Shown: positions 41,213-52,965 of the stretch, one piece after another
How positions within the stretch are numbered: the stretch's first letter is position 1
Layout: every line of letters starts with the position of its first letter
Assembly: GCA_020184695.1 (NCBI GenBank)
Contig: JAANOX010000279.1
Location: 1-64,000 of the forward strand
Direction of reading: 5' to 3'
DNA from: Histomonas meleagridis 2922-C6/04-290x
Lineage: Eukaryota > Protista > Parabasalia
DNA length: 64,000 bases
The notes under the pieces: model-generated
What the model was told of the DNA's origin: nothing
Databases searched by the model: none
The model's input: only the letters and a program-made list of their open reading frames with translations
Translations under genes and position numbers: made by a program

Positions 41213-42316
41213 ATGATATCGTTATTGCTATCTCTGCTATTTCTGAAGCATGATTTTGTTATAAATGGCGACCATCGTTATGCTTTATTTGGGCCTCATG
41301 GGTTCCGTAAAAATTCCATTATTCTTGCAACATTTTCTATGGAAAATACTGAGTTAAATAGGACAATTGATATTTCTGCATGCTTTGTAAGGTCCACATA
41401 CGCATATTCATCATGTTATTCACAGGAGTACGAATTTACTGTTAGTAATTTATCTCTTACACACCAAATTAATATAAATGAAAAGGTGACAAGTGAAGAT
41501 TATCTTCGTTTTCATCGAGAATCCCTTTTTGTGGATGAAACACTTCATCTTCATATTGACATAATTGGAAATAAATCGGATTTTCAACAAGAATGGTTGA
41601 TATATTCTACCGGTTCATGTGCTGTTGTTTTAGTTGTATGTTCAATTCTCATATTTCGGTGGATTCAAAATAAGAGTAGTATAAAATTAACTCCAATCGT
41701 TACAATTCCAACTGCTATTTTAACATTACAATTTCTAATTTTTCTCATGTTAACAATTTTCGTTAATCAAGGTGTATTTAATATGGAACTTGATACTCAA
41801 TTTATCATTGCTTCGATTTTTTATCTATTTTTTATAATTTTCACTGATTATAATTTCCTAAAACCATTTTTTGATGATCTTTCTCTCATTGATAAAATTT
41901 ATTTCTTTGGTATATTTCCATTAATTTCGGCAACAATTATAATTGTTTCCGGTATTTTCATTTCGTTTGTTGCTTATATTTCTGTTTTATTTGTTGGTTT
42001 AGTAATATTAGTTATAATACACACCATATTAATACGTAAAAGATTCGACGAAAATATAAGAAAACATGTTGAGAAGTTCTTTACAATTACAATATGTCCA
42101 CTTGTCGCAATGGCTATAAAGTTAATATCAAAAGCCAAAGACAAACAAGCAGCCGAGAGAGAGCTTCTTTATGCGTATGTACAATTTATTGTTTTCGAAG
42201 CGTTTGAAACACTTTTCTCTTTTTTGATCCTCGCAACAATACCTAAAATGAATGACTTGAAAAATGAGCTTCCTTTGGATGATAGTGCATTGATTAGTCA
42301 AGAAGAAAATAAATAA
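41213..42316 (+). CDS. Signal peptide plus multi-pass (about 7 TM) membrane protein
   Basis: Hydrophobic leader, luminal domain, several TM segments, acidic dileucine-like tail DDSALI. Confidence 0.6.
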   Translation: MISLLLSLLFLKHDFVINGDHRYALFGPHGFRKNSIILATFSMENTELNRTIDISACFVRSTYAYSSCYSQEYEFTVSNLSLTHQININEKVTSEDYLRFHRESLFVDETLHLHIDIIGNKSDFQQEWLIYSTGSCAVVLVVCSILIFRWIQNKSSIKLTPIVTIPTAILTLQFLIFLMLTIFVNQGVFNMELDTQFIIASIFYLFFIIFTDYNFLKPFFDDLSLIDKIYFFGIFPLISATIIIVSGIFISFVAYISVLFVGLVILVIIHTILIRKRFDENIRKHVEKFFTITICPLVAMAIKLISKAKDKQAAERELLYAYVQFIVFEAFETLFSFLILATIPKMNDLKNELPLDDSALISQEENK

Positions 42317-43298
42317 AAAGTTTTATATTTTTTAAACATTTAATAATAAAATATTAAAAAAAAATTAATAAAAAATTTGTTGGTTTAAATAAATATGAAA
42401 AATGAGTAAAAGATACAAAAATTTTAAATTAAAGGATCAAAATATATGATAAAAATGTTTATTTGTTTTCTTAATAGTTATAATGTTCCAAAATAACATT
42501 AGGAAATCACCAAACATTACTTCATAAAGCATATATGGTATATTAAGTCTTGAACAAAACGAAATTGCTTTCTAATGATAAAACCATTTATGCGATTTAC
42601 CATCAAGCAAACAACTTCCTGAGAAAAATTACAGTAACATTAAAAATTATTGTAAGCAATCATAAAAGTACAACAACACATTTAATGAATTATTCATAAA
42701 AAAATATTTTTTAAAATTATAATTTTTACTTAAATAAATGGTGGAATAAGATCTGACTCACCCTTTTTGTCTACATCATATTGATTCCTAAAAATAAATC
42801 ATATATAAATAAAAACTATTATATATAAACTAAACTCTTATTTTATTCTTTTAGAAATTTAATTAACATGTTGAAATGTTTCCGAAACATAAATGATTAA
42901 ATTTTTCTCTCCATTCAAAAGATTTAATATAACTATAAGATTCACAAAAGAAAATTTATAATTCAAAAATAAAAAAAATATAATAAAAAAGGAAGTCGGT
43001 ACCAATCAGATGGAAGACTTTGATGCACTTTCTATAATGGGAAAGAAAACTTCAATGAGATTTGTTAATCAAATTATACGTATAAAATGTATGTAACTTT
43101 AGTTGGTGTGATTAATTCAAAGACTTAAATGTTGAAGAAGAAGAATCACAAAGAGCACCATAAATAAAATCTAATTTGGAAAAACTCTTTTTAATTCTAC
43201 AACAACAACAATAGAAAAGAAAAATAATTAAAGTCATAATAATGAAAAAATAAAAAATAAAAAATAAAAAGTAGTGTCAGGACTTTTTGCCTGTTTCA

Positions 43299-44021
43299 TT
43301 ATTGCAGTATCCTTAGCACCTCAGGCGTCACCATTGGCATTCTTCTCGCCTTTTCATACAGCACTTGCGCCAAACTCGGGTGCGTCATCACCAAATTCTC
43401 AATTTCATCGGCTCGAAGCAACTGCAGTGCCAACTTCGACGAGTACGGCCTTGTCATGGAAATGATCTTCATCAAAATGTCGCAATTTCTTTTCTTATGG
43501 AACAAATTTAGTTCTGCTAATTGTGGAATATTAATATTTAATACATATTTATAACATTTTTCATTTTGGAATTTGTTTACGATACCAAACAAAGTGTCCA
43601 TGATCAAGTCCAAGTTCGTTTTGTTACGAATAACAGCATCAGCAGCTATTATACATTCGGCATAATTCACATTGAAATCGAAGTAATAACTTAATGCTTC
43701 GACTGCTTTACCAAACAACCCCGATTTTTTTGGTATTTTGTTTAACTCAAATAGAAAGAATGAGTTATTAATATTACTTGAATTAATAATATTAGAGATA
43801 ACTTGCTTAAGTGATATTGATGGTAATTTTAACATATGTGGAATGAACTTCGTAAGCTCATTTTTATTTAATGATGGAATAATTGATATTAAAAATTGTG
43901 GATCATTTGGTTGTTCTAATTCATTCATTAAAAATAAACTTACATCATTAAGTTCGTCTTCGTGATTTAGGCGAGATTTGTTGTTTAGGTTTTTAGGAAT
44001 TCGATCAATGTTGTTGAACAT
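43299..44021 (-). CDS. Hypothetical helical-repeat protein
   Basis: 240-aa open frame from ATG 44021; GTCACTTT motif 41 nt upstream. Confidence 0.5.
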   Translation of the reverse strand: MFNNIDRIPKNLNNKSRLNHEDELNDVSLFLMNELEQPNDPQFLISIIPSLNKNELTKFIPHMLKLPSISLKQVISNIINSSNINNSFFLFELNKIPKKSGLFGKAVEALSYYFDFNVNYAECIIAADAVIRNKTNLDLIMDTLFGIVNKFQNEKCYKYVLNINIPQLAELNLFHKKRNCDILMKIISMTRPYSSKLALQLLRADEIENLVMTHPSLAQVLYEKARRMPMVTPEVLRILQ

Positions 44022-44129
44022 GAAAAACAAATGAAGATTTACAAAAAGTGCAAAGTTATAAAAAGTGACAATTTTACAAAAAGTGTAAAAACTCTTTCAT
44101 TACATTTTTTTTATTTTCATGAACTTAGA

Positions 44130-45770
44130 CGCTTTCCATATAATGCAATGCGTCTATTTCTCTCACGTAATAACACAAAAGATAAAAAATAAAAATTAAA
44201 TGGTTTATTATGATGCTATTATTTTCCAAATTATTATTCCAATTATAACGACGCCTGCGACACATCCAATTGCAATACCTACGATTGCTGCTGTTGTTAA
44301 TTTATTAATAAATTCCTTTAATGGAAAAGATATTACATTAACGATATCTTTTAATTCTTCATCAATTTGATAATTACAACCATCAACATTATAAGCGATA
44401 ATTGTAATTTGAACTCCTTTCGTTAAATTACGTTGACCTTCCTTACCTTTTATAATTAAATATTATAAAGTCATATATGACGTTGGACGATAAGTTTCGA
44501 AAGTGAAATTCATATTTTCGATTAAATTAATTTTCTTAACTTCTTGAATAGATGAAATAAGTTCAATATAATCATCATAAACTTTAATTGTTGAAATTGG
44601 CACATCAGCGTCAGTAATATTAATTTCTTCTTGTTTAATTGAATCAGTATAAGATTCATAATCTATAAAAAGATTATCAGCAGATAAAATATAACCATTT
44701 GATACCAATGTAACATTTGAAAAGTTCAAATTATCAAAATAAATTATTTTATCATTTGCATTTGTTTTAATATTTTGTGTTGTACTTGTTTCAAGATTAT
44801 TTGTTTGTGAATCGAGAATAACTATTAAGTCATCAACATCTAAATTGGCTATTCTACTATTTAATTCTTCGGGATCATAACCTGAATTTATAATAGTAAC
44901 CGAATGTTTTGTTAATCCATTTTTATTAAGTAATCTAAATTCATATTTCTCTGGAATAAATAAAAATAATAAAGACATTGAAAATGATTTGTCAACATAA
45001 ATTATTCTACCATTAAGATAATGAGAAATACCTAAAATTGCATTCATATCTGAATAAGTATTTTGTTGACTGCACTTATCTGGTATTGAATATTTGTTAT
45101 CTTCACAAATACAAATATCTCCATCTGTTGGCTCATTTAAAATATGTAACTGAAATGTTGTCTCTAAAATTATAGATAACATTATATAATGTTCTGTTTT
45201 GGCATCTAAAGTTTTGAATTTCTTGTCAATAGAATCTAAAATAGAAGTACCATTAATTACCTTTACATGATTTTTAGAATGAAGAGGTAAATAATCATTT
45301 TCAGAATTTAATTCAAATACATATGAAAAATTATTGAAATTATTGGAAACAAATGCAGCTAAAATGATTTTATCATATTGTTCTTGAATTGGGATCTTAT
45401 AATATTTAAATTCATTAGCTTCAACTTCAATTAAATCAGATTCATAATAATATGGTATTACTTCATATTGTATTTTACATAATTGACCAGTATAACCTGA
45501 ATTACATTTTAATTTTCCATTTTCACATTGACTTCTGTTATGTTCTTAGTGTAACTTGTCAAATTAAATTTATTTTCAGCACTCAAATAACGTCCAGAGA
45601 AGATAATATCACATCTTTTCATACAGCTCAAATATTTTCAAATATTTTCCATCCCTTAGTGTACGATAGGAATTTCAACACAACGATGGGTTTTTTCTGT
45701 GGAAAACAGTTTCCTGATCATTTAATTTGTCTATCGTTTGTCCACTAACAGTAAAATTCATATTATACAC
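44130..45770 (-). pseudogene. EGF-motif type I surface protein, frameshifted
   Basis: The frame of ORF 44463-45182 extends upstream to CENGKLKCNSGYTGQLC (~45520-45470); a 10-bp tandem duplication AAAATATTTG and other shifts lie upstream; TM AAIVGIAIGCVAGVVIIGIII (~44290-44230) is in a shifted frame. Confidence 0.55.
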
Positions 45771-45862
45771 AATGAACAATTTCTATCACTTGAAGCGTCA
45801 ACAGACTATGAAAATCGCGTGCGCACTTCTTTCACCAAAAAGTCACAAAAAATCTGAGGTTT

Positions 45863-47224
45863 TTATTCATCATCGTCTTCAGCCATCCACACCTTAATTA
45901 CCTCTCTCATATGTTTTCTTGTTCTAGTCAAATCTATTGGTTCGTTTTCGTACGGCGAGACCAAGTCGTCACAATGTCCAATGTTATGCCCAGTGATAGT
46001 ATGCGCTATTGAGCCCTTTGGCACTCCGGACTCCTCTGTTACGCATGTCCATGTCCATGGGTCTTGCGATCCGGTCGTGTAGTACACTCTCGTTGCGTTT
46101 TGTTGTAAGCCGCCATACTTGCGATTAAATTCATCGACTTTCGGTGTGACCCCTGCGCCAAATACATTAGTGCATTGGTCTTGGAACGCCTGTTTGTCCA
46201 GTTTTGGACTTCGTAATGATAATCGGCCAGATGCTGTTTGCCAATATGCTAATTCGTTACATGTCATCCATAGCCATGAACGTGATGACGCGTTACGATT
46301 CGTATTCGCTAATTCAATTAATACTTCATCACTATATGTGCGGGCAATGTCGCCATTGCAAATCTCGGGAATAAAGTATTCGCGATTGATCTTGGCTAAC
46401 GCGGCAATTGGGTCGTCTCCGGTCTTTAGTGCATCAACAATTGGTCCACATATAAGTTCGACATTATCATATTGTATGCCAATTGTGAAAAGTTCACCAA
46501 TGAGAAAACGGAAGTTCATGTCGGTAAGTAATGAGGCATTGAACATTTCTTTGACATATGATTTGGTGCTTTCGTCTTCCATAAGTTGATCAATTAAAAT
46601 GCGGGTATGACGAGCTGCTGCTGCACATTCTTGACCCATGGAAACAGCTACTTGAAGATCGAAATCTTTGTAATCATCTGTGGCTAAAACAACACCGGAA
46701 GAAGAGATTGCGGCATGGAAATTTTTCGGATAAACTTCACGGGCAAGAGCTGAAAGAAGTCCTGGATATGAGCCTCCGATAATAAGCCATTTCGAGTTTT
46801 CGATTTTATGCTCCTTAGAATATTCCTCTTGGAAATACTTCAAATCTGCTAAAGCTTGCTCAACTGTAAGATACTTGTAATCTTCGACAGTGGATGTGCT
46901 GGTTGGCCATGATTCGCCAAAGTAACGATGTTCAAGATGAATGACGATAGCGCCAAGATCTTGAGCATATGTTGTTATAACATCTGTGGTACTATTTCCT
47001 TTGATTTTGAAAACATCACTTTCACCACCAACATAAAGAATTACGGGTCCGCCTTCAACATAGTTTTTGGTAACTTCGTAATATCTTTGATTAAATTTTG
47101 GACTATTTGGGTTAGAATGATCAGTTATTTGACTGAAATTCTTGAGCTCACTTTCTATATCAAGACCAGTGAAATCTAAACCATGTCTGATTATGTAAGT
47201 GACCAGAAAAAGAAGAGGTATCAT
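45863..47224 (-). CDS. Serine carboxypeptidase S28 family peptidase
   Basis: FSQITDH, EHRYFGES, LTVEQALADL, GGSYPG, WLWMTCNE, DPW and HCDD; signal peptide from ATG 47224. Confidence 0.9.
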   Translation of the reverse strand: MIPLLFLVTYIIRHGLDFTGLDIESELKNFSQITDHSNPNSPKFNQRYYEVTKNYVEGGPVILYVGGESDVFKIKGNSTTDVITTYAQDLGAIVIHLEHRYFGESWPTSTSTVEDYKYLTVEQALADLKYFQEEYSKEHKIENSKWLIIGGSYPGLLSALAREVYPKNFHAAISSSGVVLATDDYKDFDLQVAVSMGQECAAAARHTRILIDQLMEDESTKSYVKEMFNASLLTDMNFRFLIGELFTIGIQYDNVELICGPIVDALKTGDDPIAALAKINREYFIPEICNGDIARTYSDEVLIELANTNRNASSRSWLWMTCNELAYWQTASGRLSLRSPKLDKQAFQDQCTNVFGAGVTPKVDEFNRKYGGLQQNATRVYYTTGSQDPWTWTCVTEESGVPKGSIAHTITGHNIGHCDDLVSPYENEPIDLTRTRKHMREVIKVWMAEDDDE

Positions 47225-47877
47225 CGATGATGTTTTGTCTGGTTTGAAGAAATAACCGTTTCCTAACTGAAGCTTCATCGTTTTGAAGTTTGAACGTTAG
47301 ATCGTTTTTGAGCTTGTTGTTTGAAAACATTACAAAAATGTGACATCAAAAAACAAATAAGTCTTAAGACTTGTTTTACTTAATAAATCCTTTAAAAAAT
47401 GTTATATTATGTAACACTTACTTCTACTGAGCAAGGAATATTTTGTTTCACTAAAAATTTTCTGTAACATGTTTAATGTATTCTCCTTGTCGAATTTTTT
47501 ACATCCCGAGTTTAACAACAACTAACATTTGCTTACTGTACGAGTAAAACAATGATATTACTTGGGAAAACAAAACATTTAATTTTGCTTAAAAAAATAG
47601 TTTTCTTGTTTTATTTTGTCAAGTGGAAAGAAATTCGCTTAGAGATGAGAAAATAATTTTATTTTGGTTCATCGATGAACAATTACAGCAAAAAAATATA
47701 TATGAAAAACCAAATTTATTGTTTGTTGCTCGCCCCTTTGAATTTTATCTTTTTAGGCGTTTTGCCCTTATTCGTCATTTCAAAGTAATACGGGAAAACT
47801 TTCAGTTGTTTTGTTTTTATAATAAAATTTTTAAACAATGTTTTCATATCACATGTCGCACCTGACCACATCTCCAA

Positions 47878-50229
47878 ATGCAAAGAATCAAATTTACTCC
47901 AAATGAAATCATTGGTTTTTTTGTGGAGTGTGAACCTCTCGTTAGTAAGGAGTTATTTGGTCCTGTTTATTCTGAGATATGTCAACCACCTTTAGATCAT
48001 TCAAAATTCCAAAAAAAAATTCAATCTGCAAATAAATTCGTAAGGCCTTATAATAAGAGGCCCCAAAATAGAAATCACGATAAAGAACAAAAACCAAAAA
48101 CACATCAAAGTGCACAAAGTCGATTCTCGCCTGAACCTACACAAAAAGAAACGCAAGGTCCAGAAGAGTCATTTCCAAGTATCATTAGTCCAACACAAGA
48201 AGAAATTCAAATCCAATCCAAGGATGAAAAAGATTCCCATCCAAATATTGAAGAGCAACAACCTGTAGATGTCAAAACATTTACGCCTGAACCAGAAGAT
48301 CAAAATGAACCGAAAACTCAAATTGAATTTGAATTTCATCCAGAACCAGAATCACAATCTGTTGAATTCAAGCCAGAACTAGATTTTCAGCCACAAATAG
48401 AACCTCAACCTGTTATAGAATCTAAACCAGAGTCAGAATTTCACCCGGAAGTGGAATTAGAATCCAAACCAGAACTTGAATTTCAACCAGAGTTAGAACC
48501 TCAACAAGAATTAGAATTCCATCCAATCATCCAAGAAGAAGAAGAAGAGGAAGAAGAAGAATATTTCATCGAAGAATCTGATTCTGAGCCTATTTACGAA
48601 GAAGAAAAACATGAAAAGCATCAAAAATCCTTTGAATCAATTGTCAAAGAAGAAGAACAAAAATCCATTACACAGCCTCAACCCAATCAACCGGAGCATG
48701 TTATCAAATCCTCACCCCCAAAGCCTCAATACAACATGAAAGCATCTTCCATTGAAGAAATCACTCGACATGAACAACGCATTCAAAAACAGGGCACCCC
48801 GAAAACCGTCGAAGTGAAAGAAGAAACTTCACCTTCGATTTCATGGAATTCCACGTCATCCAAAGTGCATCCTATATCTATTTCCAAAGTATTAACAAAT
48901 GAAGCCAACAAGAAACAACCCGATACTAATAATCAAAAGTCGCCAAAATCAAAAAATAAGAAACAAAACAAAGTCGTTATGTCATTCCAAGAACTTCAAA
49001 GAAACATGAACAAGCCAGGACAATGGGGGCAAGATATCACCAAAAGTAACAACGTTTCATTTGCTCAAATGTTAGCGAGTGAAGAAAAGACAGTTCCAAC
49101 AAAGCAAACGCCTGCGTCATCACCATCAAAGAGCAAAGGGAAGAAAAACAAGCCAATTGTCATGTCGTTACAAGAATTTAATGCGTCGAATCGTCCGCCA
49201 CCACCAGCTCCACCACAGCAACAAAAGCCGCAGCCGCAAATACGCTCATCATTTAATGCGCTGTTAGAAGCAGAGAAGCATTCGTCAACATTTGCGCCAC
49301 CGACAGCGCCACCAAAACAAGGAAGGAAGAACCACCGCAGAGGCAAAGCAGTTCCATTCGAAATGCCCAAAGAAGAAAAGCCGCAGCAGCCCGCGTGGAG
49401 CACGCCGACGAAGGCAGCGGCGCCGAACAAGTCGACGTTCTCATCGCTGTTAGAGTCTGAAGAGAGCAAACGCCAAACACCGAAGCAGCAACAGCAACAA
49501 CAACAACAACGAAAAGGAAAAGCAAAACCAAAAGTTATTCCGTATGAAAATATACAGTCTCAACAATGGAATAACGCGACAACGAAACAAAACCAAAAGC
49601 AAAGTTTCGATGACCTTATTCGTAATGAGATCACGAAATCGAATCATAAAGAAGAAGTACAACAACAACAACAAAAACAAACGAATGATAATAACAAACA
49701 ACAAATTAGTTATAGCAAAAAGAAGAAACAAAACAAAGTGTCGATATCAGACATCATTAAACAAGAAGAAGAAATACAAAAGAAACGAAACATCTCAAAT
49801 CCGAACATTGAATCCAAGAAAATTATTTCGTCGTTTGATCAATTACTTGAACAAGAGCAACAAAAGAACCAAACTGACGAACTATTTAATGCCGAAATAT
49901 TAAAAGCGCAAAACGCCAGTAATAATATTAAGAATAACAATAAAAAGAAGCAGAAGAAACTCGACAAGAACTTGTTTTGGGGAGCGGCAACACGTGATGA
50001 GGTTCCTGACTTTAACTACTCGAAAGAGAATATTAATTCGCCGGCAAAATATCTGCTGAAGTTAATCGAAGAAGTTAATGACGAAGAAGGTTTGGACGAA
50101 TTCGCAAACTCGATATCGAAGGCAAAGAGTATGAACGAAATGGTAAGGAACTTGTCAACGATAATGACGCAACAAGACGCGCAAATTGTGGCACAGCGAT
50201 TTTTTAGAAGATTCCCATTGCAAAAATAA
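47878..50229 (+). CDS. Low-complexity protein with repeated S-[FLI]-x-[EDQ]-h-h-x-x-E motifs (GIGYF/Smy2-like architecture)
   Basis: Motifs MSFQELQ, SFAQMLASEE, MSLQEFN, SFNALLEAE, TFSSLLESEE, SFDDLIRNE, SISDIIKQEE, SFDQLLEQE; C-terminal FWG...A..F..RF helical domain; EFxPE repeats. Confidence 0.5.
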   Translation: MQRIKFTPNEIIGFFVECEPLVSKELFGPVYSEICQPPLDHSKFQKKIQSANKFVRPYNKRPQNRNHDKEQKPKTHQSAQSRFSPEPTQKETQGPEESFPSIISPTQEEIQIQSKDEKDSHPNIEEQQPVDVKTFTPEPEDQNEPKTQIEFEFHPEPESQSVEFKPELDFQPQIEPQPVIESKPESEFHPEVELESKPELEFQPELEPQQELEFHPIIQEEEEEEEEEYFIEESDSEPIYEEEKHEKHQKSFESIVKEEEQKSITQPQPNQPEHVIKSSPPKPQYNMKASSIEEITRHEQRIQKQGTPKTVEVKEETSPSISWNSTSSKVHPISISKVLTNEANKKQPDTNNQKSPKSKNKKQNKVVMSFQELQRNMNKPGQWGQDITKSNNVSFAQMLASEEKTVPTKQTPASSPSKSKGKKNKPIVMSLQEFNASNRPPPPAPPQQQKPQPQIRSSFNALLEAEKHSSTFAPPTAPPKQGRKNHRRGKAVPFEMPKEEKPQQPAWSTPTKAAAPNKSTFSSLLESEESKRQTPKQQQQQQQQRKGKAKPKVIPYENIQSQQWNNATTKQNQKQSFDDLIRNEITKSNHKEEVQQQQQKQTNDNNKQQISYSKKKKQNKVSISDIIKQEEEIQKKRNISNPNIESKKIISSFDQLLEQEQQKNQTDELFNAEILKAQNASNNIKNNNKKKQKKLDKNLFWGAATRDEVPDFNYSKENINSPAKYLLKLIEEVNDEEGLDEFANSISKAKSMNEMVRNLSTIMTQQDAQIVAQRFFRRFPLQK

Positions 50230-51119
50230 TAATAATAAAAAGAATTTAATAATTTTGAAATTATAATAAGTGCGGAACCAACAAAAAATTGTTTGAGCTT
50301 TGTAATTAAAATTCCGACCAATTTATGGAATGATCTTTATTTGAATATGTGCGGTGTTGTCCTTAGACAGGCGTTGTATATAGAAATGAGTCATAAACTT
50401 TATGATTGTCCCTTTGAAAAATTATGACTCAAATATGAGAAGGATTTATTCGATACCAAAAAGTTCACCAAATTATGTTTCTTTTCTCAGTTTGAGGACC
50501 TCTTATAATATATTTAAAAATAAAAAATTGAGTTATAATGTTTCATAAAAATGTATAACTGTTGGTGGACATAAAAGCATTTTCATTAAAATTTGGTTGT
50601 AAATTGCCATAATAATAAAAAATTGAAGTTATAACAATTTGATCATTAACTATCTTGTAGAAAAATGTAATGAACAAAAGAATAATATTATAAAGATTTA
50701 AAAACTTTTATAAAATGATATCTAAAATATCTATGTATTTCAATAAGCATTTTAAAATGTTACAAACAAGTCATAAAATTATTATGGAAAATCATCAATT
50801 ATATAACAATTAATCTGAGAAAACAAAGAGAAGACCAAATATTTCCACTCATAAGAAGAATAATTAAATTTATTCGATCAGATTCAAAGAGTTAAAATGA
50901 CATTTCGCAATTTATTGTTAAAAAAATTGGCAAAATAAGGGATGTGCTTTTAATCGTTTTAGATTCACTTTTTTTTAGGTTTGATTCATTTACACCTATC
51001 GTTGTAAAATTGTACGTTTAAACGTCACCTTTCAAATTTCTGAACGGCACATTTTAAATGCCTTTGAATTTTTTAAGTGTCTTTGAACTTTTTATTGGCA
51101 TTTTTAGAATTATAATTTT

Positions 51120-52718
51120 ATGAGGAAAAAGACAAACAGCGAAAAAAAACCTATTCTTGGGTTTGATTTCGGCACGACATATAACAGTGTAAGTGTGTGG
51201 AGGAATGGACATGTAGATATCATCAACAATAATCTAGGAAACTATTCAACACCATCTTATGTCACAATCCAAAAAGATTCTATAATTGTTGGTGACGTAG
51301 CAAAGAACATAGCAACCGACTATCCAGATTGTACAATTTTCGATTCTAAGCGTTTAATTGGTCGAACTTATCATGATCCATGTGTACAAAGTGACTTAAT
51401 GCACTGGCCATTCAATGTTGTTTGTGACCAACGAGGCATGCCTTTTTATGAAATAAGACTTGACAATGAAATCAGAAAATATTCAGCCATTGAAATCGCA
51501 TCATATATTTTCGACCACATGAAGAAAATTGCAGACCATTTTCTTGGGCTAGACTCAGATTGTTCAGAAGGGATAAATGATGATGCTGTTGTAACAGTTC
51601 CTGCATATTTTAATGCAGTTCAACGTGCAGCAATTATGGAAGCAGCAAGACGTGCAAACCTTAATGTATTACGTATTATCGATGAACCTACAGCAGCAGC
51701 CATTGCATATGGGCTGAATGAAAAATCTGAGACAGCACGCAAGTTATTAATTTTCGATTTTGGTGGAGGCACACTTGATTTATCTCTTTTGGAAAACTAT
51801 CAACAATCTTTCACAGTTCTTGCGGTAGGAGGTGATACACATCTTGGAGGTCAAGACATTGATAATCTTCTTGTCGATTATTTTGCAACACGATTTGAAA
51901 AAGAACACGAATGTAACATTCGTGGAGATAAACGCGCAATGTTTATGATAAGAGTTGCATGTGAAAAAGCAAAGATAACCTTATCAACCACTAACATTGC
52001 AAGGATATCATGTCCATCATTATATAATGGAAAGGATTATTCTGACACAATAACACGTGCTGAATTCGAAGATTTAATTTATGAACTCTTACAAAACATA
52101 TTAAAACCAATTGACGATGTCTTTAATCAAGCTAATGAAAGAAAAGATGAAAAAGATAAAATATACAAAAAAGATATCGATGCCGTTGTTCTTATTGGCG
52201 GAACATCGAAAATTCCACTTGTGGGAATGATGCTTGAGGAAATATTTCCAAATAAAATACTAAAAACTAAAATTGATCCTGAATAAGCAGTGGTAATTGG
52301 CGCTGCAGTTGAAGCAGCAAATATAGCAAAAGAAGGTGATTACCCTATTGTTAGATACACTTCAAAAATTTCACACTCCATTGGTGTTGAAGTAAATTGT
52401 ACTGATATGGATATAATTCTTAAACGTGGTACAGAAATCCCAGTTAAATCGGAGCCAATATACTATACAACGTATAAAAAAGAAAACGAAATAGCAGATA
52501 TTAAAATTTTTGTTGGTGATAACCCAAAAACAAAGGACAACATATTCTTGGGCAAATTCAGATTAACCGGTGTTAAACCTGGTGATCGAAAAATACCAAA
52601 AATAGGAGTAGTGTTTGAAATAGATAGAAATGGTATTCTAAGTGTAACAGGAAAAGATGAAGCTACAGACGTATCTGGTGGCATCAAAATACGAGTTGAG
52701 AATATCTTGGACTTGTGA
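51120..52718 (+). pseudogene. Divergent Hsp70-family gene with one in-frame TAA
   Basis: GFDFGTT, TVPAYFN, IIDEPTAAAIAYG, DFGGGTLD, GGDTHLGGQDID; ORFs 51120-52286 and 52290-52718 are in the same frame, split at DPE*AVVIGAA; no lid or EEVD. Confidence 0.8.
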
Positions 52719-52965
52719 TTTTTTCGCTGTTATTCTAAAATAAAAACATGGAAAGTTTTCAAATTGTGAAAGTTTTCTTTAATTTAATAAATAAACATAT
52801 CATTAATTATAAAATTTCATTGAGCTCTTTTTCTTGTGAAGTAGAAACATGTGATGTGACTTATAAAAACTTGAAAATTTGAGAACGTGTAAACTTATCG
52901 ATATTTCAGAGCAGCGAAAAACAAATTATTCAATTAACCGTCTTATCAAAATTATCGTTCCTAAA

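Noticed and set aside
50290-50510. Possible decayed coding fragment and short inverted repeat TGAGTCATAA/TTATGACTCA
   Set aside because: Short, interrupted and with no recognisable motif
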